A stretch of 58,627 bases of DNA, counting the filler, from Dugesia japonica (Eukaryota): assembly GCA_001938525.1 (NCBI GenBank). It is 6 parts of 6 records of this genome, joined end to end, with 100 filler letters (N's around TTAATTAATTAA, not from the genome) between each part and the next. Parts side by side here need not be neighbours in the genome. Positions count along the whole stretch, not along the records: positions 50,198 to 58,627 come from MQRL01643728.1; 5 more parts are not named here. One strand, 5' to 3'. Positions 51,896 to 58,627 of the stretch are shown one piece after another. A program made the position numbers and the translations under genes. The notes under the pieces are model-generated. The model was not told the DNA's origin and ran no database searches. It saw nothing but the letters and a program-made list of their open reading frames with translations. Position 1 is the stretch's first letter. Every line of letters begins with the position of its first letter.

Positions 51896-52300
51896 ATGAT
51901 TACCAAAGTTAATTACAGAGGAGAAATGACGCTAGAAGTAACAAAGAAAATAAGCTTTGCTACAAGCCAACCATGTCAATTTAAAGTTGAAAGTGATAAA
52001 TTTACAATTATTTACTTCAGATCAGGAAAATGTTGAGTAATGAGTTGTAAGAAACAACTGGAATCGCATGATTTGAACCCCTATGATATAAAAGATTTAC
52101 AATTACAGTCACTAACAGTTGTTGTAAATATGGGAGTTTCAATAAATTTGTATAAATTCGCAAGAGTAGTCAACTGTTGGTTCGAACTAGAGTTATTTCC
52201 TGCTCTAACACTTGTACAATATGATCCTTTATGCGTAAATATGTTCTCAACAGGAGAAATAGTGATCCTTTGTGGATTAGATTACTTCAGACTTGTTTAA
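51896..52300 (+). pseudogene. TATA-binding-protein-like gene (two TBP half-repeats, one in-frame stop)
   Basis: MITKVNYRG..TIIYFRSGKC*VMSCK (repeat 1) and LQSLTV..MGVSINL..FELELFPAL..VNMFSTGEIVILCG (repeat 2; compare YEPELFPGL..IFVSGKVVLTG); TGA at 52034-52036. Confidence 0.8.
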
Positions 52301-52487
52301 TTTGCTGTTAAAAATTTAAAAACTTCACAACATGGATGCAAAACCTTTACAATTCAAGTACAATATATATATCTATTTAAATTTAGATATTTAAATTTCA
52401 AATAATTAATATATTATGTTGTGGTTTTTTATTATAATTATATATATATCCTGCATTTCATTATTATTTCTTGTAAATTAAATTAAA

Positions 52488-52800
52488 ATGGATGCAAGTA
52501 CATTAGAGATGAAAGAATTGAGAAGAAGACTTTATCAAAACATGTTAAATATTTATTATATTGTAATTTTATTAAAAAAATTCAATTTAGGCATGCTAAC
52601 GGATATTTTGGAAAGACGAGGATTATTAGACGAAGAAAGAAAACCGTTGCTTCCAGACTTGGTTGTGAATCAATATATGGCAGCTGAATTNTGTGCACCT
52701 GACTGTATTGGGTGCGCAAAGTTTAACATGTATGTTGTCATGGAGAACACTCTACCTGAATGGATCCAATGTATATTGACTATTTTGTTATTATTGAAAA
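52488..52800 (+). CDS. Unknown small cargo ORF with a C-x3-C-x2-C cluster, probably spliced
   Basis: ORF track 52488-52871; an AT-rich intron-like stretch ends TTTAG at 52590 but the donor is unclear; no family recognised. Confidence 0.4.
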
Positions 52801-54119
52801 AGAAAAAAATGTATTATTATTCATTCTTTGATCTATTTATTTATTTAGTTTTTTATTTAGTTTTTTTTTAATAAAATTAATCAGATTTATTAAGTAAAAA
52901 TTAATTTTATCATATTTTTTATGAATTTTATCAATTTACGAACGTATAGAGCTTTTAAATATATAAGGTTTTGGAGTATATGTATAAGGTTTATGAATGT
53001 GGGATATTTTCATATATAAGTGAAAATTACTGCATAAATACCTTATAAGTAAATATTTTTAATGAATCTATAGGGTTTATGAGTGTATTATTTGCATAGC
53101 AATTTACATTATAAGATTTATGAGAGTGACAATTATTTATAAATATAACTAAAATTTACTGTACAAATTACCTTAAAAACTTATATAAAACTTATAAGTC
53201 GATGTTGTTATGACTATATATGGTTTAGGAGTGTATTATTTACATAATTAACTTACATTATCTACAAAATAAACGTGTGATATAAGGTTTTGAGAGTATT
53301 ATTTACATAATAACAGAGTAATATACTCTTTGCAAGTCTGTGAACCTTTTCGTATTTATAACTTACAATTAATGTATAAATACCTTATAAGCCTATATAA
53401 AAACTTAAGTAAATAGTTTTTTTACATAACAACCATGTAATATAGAGTTCATTATTTGTATAGTTACATTGTAACCGTGTAATATAATTCAGATAAAAAA
53501 TCATAGTTACCATTTATGTTACCATTTATTTAGTTTTCCTTACATAGCAACCATATAATATGGGGTTTGTGAGTTTATTATTTCTGTAGTTACCTTGTAT
53601 TATTTTCTTAGTAACCATGTAATATAGGATTTATTTATAAAATCCAAATAGCAAATCATAGATACCATGTTTTATTTACAAAGCAACCGGGTAATATGGG
53701 GTTTATGAGTTTATTATTTGTATAGTTTATGAGTGTATTAGTTACACAGTTAACATATATTATTTACATAAGCACCTTGTATAATTTATATATCAAATGT
53801 GTAATATAAAGATTAGTTGCATAGTTACATTGTATTAGTTATATAGAAAACATGCAAAATGCATCCCTATTGCATTTATTAAAAAGTACAGGCACGTGTT
53901 GCAACCCTATTGCATTTATTAAAATTCATAGGTATCTGTTACTGTATTGCATTCATACTGCATGCATATTGCTATCATAATTAAAAACTATTTACAATAA
54001 GAGGCACTTATTATTTTACTATTTATAAAACCTTATTATAAATGAACTTTATTAATTAAAAAAAAGTAANTAAGACATAACAATTATCAAGTAAAACCTT
54101 TACTTTTAGCACATTATTA

Positions 54120-54658
54120 TATTAGTTTTCAAAGGCTTTAGCCATCCTCAAAATATTTCATTTTAAAATTTCATAATGAGTCTTGTTTACATTTGTTAAG
54201 AAATTAAATCTCAGTTCCTGGATAAATTCGTTCATAATTAGATCCATATCAATTCCAGTTGTTCACAAGAAATGAGTGAAATATTTCATTGTAGTCAACA
54301 GTTCACAGTCAGGATAATATTCTAGAAACCTTTCATTTAATACATGTTTAGCCAATTCTAAAAAGAAAATTAAAAAAATGTAATAATAAATTNAACTCTT
54401 GCCTAAATAAAGTTCATATCTTTTATCCAAATATTCAAAGCAAACACCCTCGTCTTCCTCGACAGGATATGCATATTCCATCTTTTCATATTGAATTGTA
54501 TCTTCTATATTTTCATCTTGAATGATTCGTTTTTCTTCTTCATTAATATTGGTGGTTGCAATGATAGTTTCTATTTCTTCTAGGTTAGTATCATTTTCAA
54601 GTCGATTTTCTTCTTGGATATGGTTTTCCAAATAATTTGCAGAAAAAATAAGATTCAT
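54120..54658 (-). pseudogene. Unknown acidic cargo ORF with a 45-nt intron
   Basis: MNLIFSANYLENHIQEE...; candidate GC-AG intron 54402-54358 keeps the frame; coding-like sequence continues past the TGA at 54263. Confidence 0.45.
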
Positions 54659-54863
54659 TTTTGTAAAAGTGAATTTATTTTTAAAAACAAGTTTTTTTAT
54701 ATAAACCCAATAATCAATCACAACTATTAAAAGGAATATTAACAAATCATATCAATTTTATCAAACATTAACTTATAGGATTTCACAAATAATGATTATG
54801 TATGTATCGTAACTAGTATATAAGCAAANGTTTACATAAAATTAATCATTTTTANAACTCAAA

Positions 54864-55125
54864 ATGCAAGAAAACCAAATAACTAAGGAAAACGTGTTAA
54901 TAATAACTGTAGAATTAGGAAACCTACTGATTACCTTAAAACAAGTTGTTCTTTTTAAGACTCCGATTATCTACGATTTCAAAGTAATTATTTTTTATTT
55001 CACTATAATATATTATTTTATTTTAGAAACCAATTTCAATAAAAAGGTCTAAATTTAGTATGCTTTTCTCTGGAATTCATGAGAAGAATAGATATATACT
55101 GGTCGCTAATGAGATTTTTTATTAA
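54864..55125 (+). CDS. Unknown small cargo ORF with a 43-nt GT-AG intron
   Basis: Removing 54984-55026 (GTAATT...TTTTAG) gives an open frame that runs into the right TIR. Confidence 0.4.
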
Positions 55126-56072
55126 AAATTGCATGACTAATATGTATTTTATAGAAAGAAGTTCTATATTTTTTGTCATCTGTAATGAAAAGTTTTAATT
55201 TGAATATTTATTCATGAATTCATACCAAAGACTACCCTCTTTGAATTTTTTCATAGATATATTTAATCATGTAAATATTCAAAAGACTTCCTTCCTTGAA
55301 TATTTTTTTCAATTATTTAATATTTAATTAATATTTAGTAAATTAATTTTAATTAACTTATTTAAGTTTTAGACTGTACAATATCAAAAAATATCAGGAC
55401 TGCCCAATATCATACATAAATATCAAGACTTACTCAATGGTTTAATTATAAATGCGATAGGGATGCAATNNGAATGCAAAACAGCAACACATGCCTGGGA
55501 ATTTTTATTGAATTTTTAAATAAATTTTATATAAATGCAATAGGTATGCAACTCAAGTGCAACACACGTACACTGAAAATCACGAGCCTGAGAGTTTTTA
55601 ATAATTTTTTTTTAATTTCCAGCCAAAAAGAAATTTTTAAAACTCAACATAGCCGCCATTTTGAATTTTTTTAATGAATGCCAGATAGCATGCAACTCAG
55701 ATGCAGCACACTTTCAATAAAAATCTTGTTACTATGAATTTTAGTTTGCCCCATCCCTTGCAAAATATCAAGTCTGTCCCATACCATGCTAAAAATAGAG
55801 ACTCTCCATGCAAAATATCAAGACGTCTCCATTCCAATGCTAAATATAAAGACTCCTCTCATCCCATGCTAAATATAGAGACTCCTTCATACATTGCAAT
55901 TTATAGAGACTTCCCTAAATCTCCAAAAAATATTAGAAAAAAAACCCGCAAAAAGTACGAGCACAAAAGCGAGCACAATCTTAGCTATTTCCAACCCCCC
56001 AGGGAGGCGGGAGGGGAGGTATTCAAGTTTTGCCTATTTCAAATTGTGCCAGTGCGCCACTACCTACCTACT
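55105..56072 (-). repeat. Right TIR with a ~29-bp subterminal tandem array and a Polinton-type terminus
   Basis: CATCCCATGCTAAATATAGAGACT-like units at 55750-55915; reverse complement begins AGTAGGTAGGTAGTGGCGCACTGGCAC. Confidence 0.85.
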
Positions 56073-56339
56073 TGTGTATAACCTGCATTATAACTTTTTA
56101 AACTTTATTAAATTTTTAAACTTTAACGAGTAAAAATGGTAAAATTAGCACAAAAACAGCACTATGGATTTGGACTTCTTTATCCACTTGTTTCAAATAT
56201 TTTGAATTCTTTAGTTAGGACACTGTATCGATGATCTTTAGGTTTCTTTATAAAACGTTTCTACTTCTTGCAACGTTTCTACTTCTTTCCTCAATTCTTG
56301 CTGTAAAATTTATTTAATAACGTTATTTTTTCATGGTAC

Positions 56340-56720
56340 AAAGATATCATGATGTTGTGTTTGATTCGCCTATCACAATGGGTGACAAAGAGGTGTCACT
56401 CATTTTACGTAAATAATTGTTATAATCCACTACTGTGTCAGCAGAAATCGGCAACTCGCTTTTGCAGAATTAATACTTGTCAATTCATAACGCCAGCTGG
56501 AAATGAATAAAACAATTTCTCTCAAACCTACACACTTTCCATGTAATCAAGTGCCTGACTTTAGCTGAATTTGTTTCCTGGAAATACATTTCTAACTTTC
56601 TTCCGTATCTCTGAACATATTCTCATTGCTGCCGCTATAATATGCATACATCTTTATTGAGTAAGATATCGTAGAAAGATTAAATAAATTCAAATCTTCA
56701 TGAAACAGGTCAAAATGGTA
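56340..56720 (-). pseudogene. Merlin (IS1595/ISXO2-like) transposase N-terminal remnant
   Basis: KSGT*LHG, IVLFISSWRYELTS, DTVVDYNNYLR, IVIGESNT resemble GTWF..F.Y.W..E.TS..TVVD.NNYLRE..IGG. Confidence 0.6.
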
Positions 56721-56869
56721 CGTTTAAATTTAAATAGCATGCCCAATAACTTTATTATGTTAAAATTACAATAAAACTAAAATTTGAAAAAACTACAAAA
56801 TGTACCGAAAAACATTTATTGATTTCCATTTGAATAAAATCTAGATTTCTCGAATCGATGAAATATTTA

Positions 56870-57450
56870 AATGCGGTTTCAATATCGCATTGATTTTACC
56901 CTTCAAGAGATCAAATGTTTAAAGAAATGTAAATCTGTGGAAGCCATGTCCTAACTTGTGAAGTTTTTGTACGANATGTGCTGCGTGAGGAGTATTGGAT
57001 ACTTTCGATTTACTAGAGCCAGATTTCTTGTGTTACTTTTTTATGCATTTCCTCAAAACTGGTAACAGTACGATGTCGCACTGATTGTTTTGCCAAGTCT
57101 TCAAATGATCCTATGTCCGCTATACAAGAATTACTGCGGTAATTCAATACATAATACTTTTTGCCATACTCTCATGGAGAAGTATTATGGCCACAGTTAT
57201 AACAATGTGGTATATTACATATGTCCAGCATGCTACACATTAAGCATAGGATCAGAAAAGCTAATAAAATCACAAGTTAGCATAGATTTCTTCGGATGGA
57301 GATTTATTTTTCAAAACTGTATTGAGGACTCATCAACTGATAACCATTGTGGAGAATGTTTGCGGTTACCATAAATGATACACTGTTCATCACAAATAAT
57401 GATTCGATACAAAAAAGAATCTGTGTAATATGTTGTGAGAAGAAATATTG
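56870..57450 (-). pseudogene. mariner transposase remnant
   Basis: FLYRIIICDEQCIIYGNRKHSPQWL, GKTISATSYC, LVNRKYPILL, DMASTDLHFFKHL. Confidence 0.8.
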
Positions 57451-57551
57451 CTATATCTAGTCTCATAGAGATATTTTATTAAAATTTCAATAAAATATAA
57501 AAAATTTCATAATAATGCTCTAATATCGATTAAATTTATCAAAAAGTCATC

Positions 57552-57589
57552 ATATTCCTGAAGAAGACAATAGTCAAAAATTTGTATAT
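57552..57589 (+). ncRNA. Minimal hammerhead motif, copy 3 (inactivated)
   Basis: ATATTC-CTGAAGA-AGACAATAGTC-AAAA-ATTT-GTATAT; GAAA is mutated to AAAA. Confidence 0.45.
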
Positions 57590-58557
57590 TTATAAAACAA
57601 CAATTTAATGTGATCGAAGCTATTGCACCTTATTTTTCCTTAACATTTTACTTTTTAATCCTTAAATTTTATTTTAAAAATTTTATCTCATTTATTTTAA
57701 AATTATTTTCACAAATTCCAATATTGTTAGAATAATTGTTGGGNGGATTTAAAATTTCCTTAAATTAAAAGCTTCGATGAAAATATCCTTTTTCTGTTTT
57801 ATATTTCTTTATTTTAGTTCTTTCAAATACTATCAAAACTAAGAAAATAAAATGTGTATAGAAAAAAGAAAAACAATAGTTTGATTGATGCTTTTAATTT
57901 AATGAAATTCTAAAATTAAACATTAACTTATTAACCAATTAACTTATTTTAAAATTTTCGAAATAATCAAAGCTGAAATCTCAAATAATTTATCTATGGC
58001 ATTATTTATGTTTTACAGGGCGAATCAATTTCTTCAAATTAAAATGTTTTACTTCATGAATTTAACTGAAATATTCATCTGTTTTTACTTATCAATAATG
58101 AAGATTGTCGAAAGGAGGAATACAAAGATAAATTTAAATACCAAAAAATAATTACAAGTGCAGTTGAACTACTTCCTCCTTTGACGATAACGTTGGCAGT
58201 TTTATTTAAATTTTTATATTAAAATGCCAGTGCAGTTCTTTTGATATATTGGAAAAATCACAATAAATTCAAGAGAGATTCCTCTCTCTATTAAATATTA
58301 ATTTTTATCCATCACTTTATTATATACATCAGTATGAAGATTAACCTAATATAATATTTCACACTATTATTCTAATGGGGGAAACGCTGTAAATTACGAA
58401 TAGAGATGCATTTATTACATTAAGTTATAATTTATAAATAAATACTCAAATTATGATTTCAATCTTATTCAAATTATAAAATTCTCCAAATTAATATGAT
58501 TCCCAGTTGTTTGTGGCAGTTTTATACTAATTTTCAATGATTTAACTCCACAAAACT

Positions 58558-58560
<3 letters not shown>

Positions 58561-58627
<67 letters not shown>
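58561..58627. repeat. (AAT)n microsatellite
   Basis: Direct reading. Confidence 0.98.

Larger units (their letters stand above)
50198..56072. mobile_element. Non-autonomous Polinton-related element with ~1-kb TIRs and cargo genes (left tip missing)
   Basis: 50198-~51135 is a diverged reverse complement of ~55105-55805; right end ...GCCAGTGCGCCACTACCTACCTACT; no PolB, INT or capsid ORF inside. Confidence 0.82.

Noticed and set aside
55750-55915. Regularly spaced repeats as a CRISPR array (also 8680-9215, 10285-10500)
   Set aside because: Units are degenerate and tandem with no unique spacers, there are no cas genes, and the context is eukaryotic
39082-56072. Treating the capsid contig and the TBP-like element as one continuous Polinton
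   Set aside because: They are separated by an artificial spacer at 50098-50197, and the TBP-like element has its own pair of TIRs
57090-57374. Cys-rich 94-aa ORF as a zinc-finger protein
   Set aside because: Largely antisense to the mariner transposase remnant

Overview
Very AT-rich eukaryotic DNA, most likely an invertebrate. The composition and short introns are planarian-like, but that is only an inference. The window is not one contiguous locus: five artificial 100-bp spacers (44 N + TTAATTAATTAA + 44 N) join six separate 8.4-12 kb pieces. It is almost entirely a graveyard of mobile DNA dominated by Polinton/Maverick (adintovirus-like) elements. These include three decayed protein-primed PolB genes, a virion/integration module (integrase, minor capsid, core protein, major capsid, adenain-like protease), one Polinton inserted inside another's PolB, and four related AG(TAG)...GCGCAC termini. 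The most striking item is a ~6-kb element with ~1-kb terminal inverted repeats and a Polinton-type end that has no Polinton core genes but carries a TATA-binding-protein-like pseudogene plus small intron-containing ORFs. Also present: Gypsy, LINE, mariner, Merlin, piggyBac and Zator-like remnants, three minimal hammerhead-ribozyme motifs in a dispersed repeat, and two isolated host exons (DUSP23-like phosphatase and annexin). All homology calls come from motif recognition by eye; no database searches were run.
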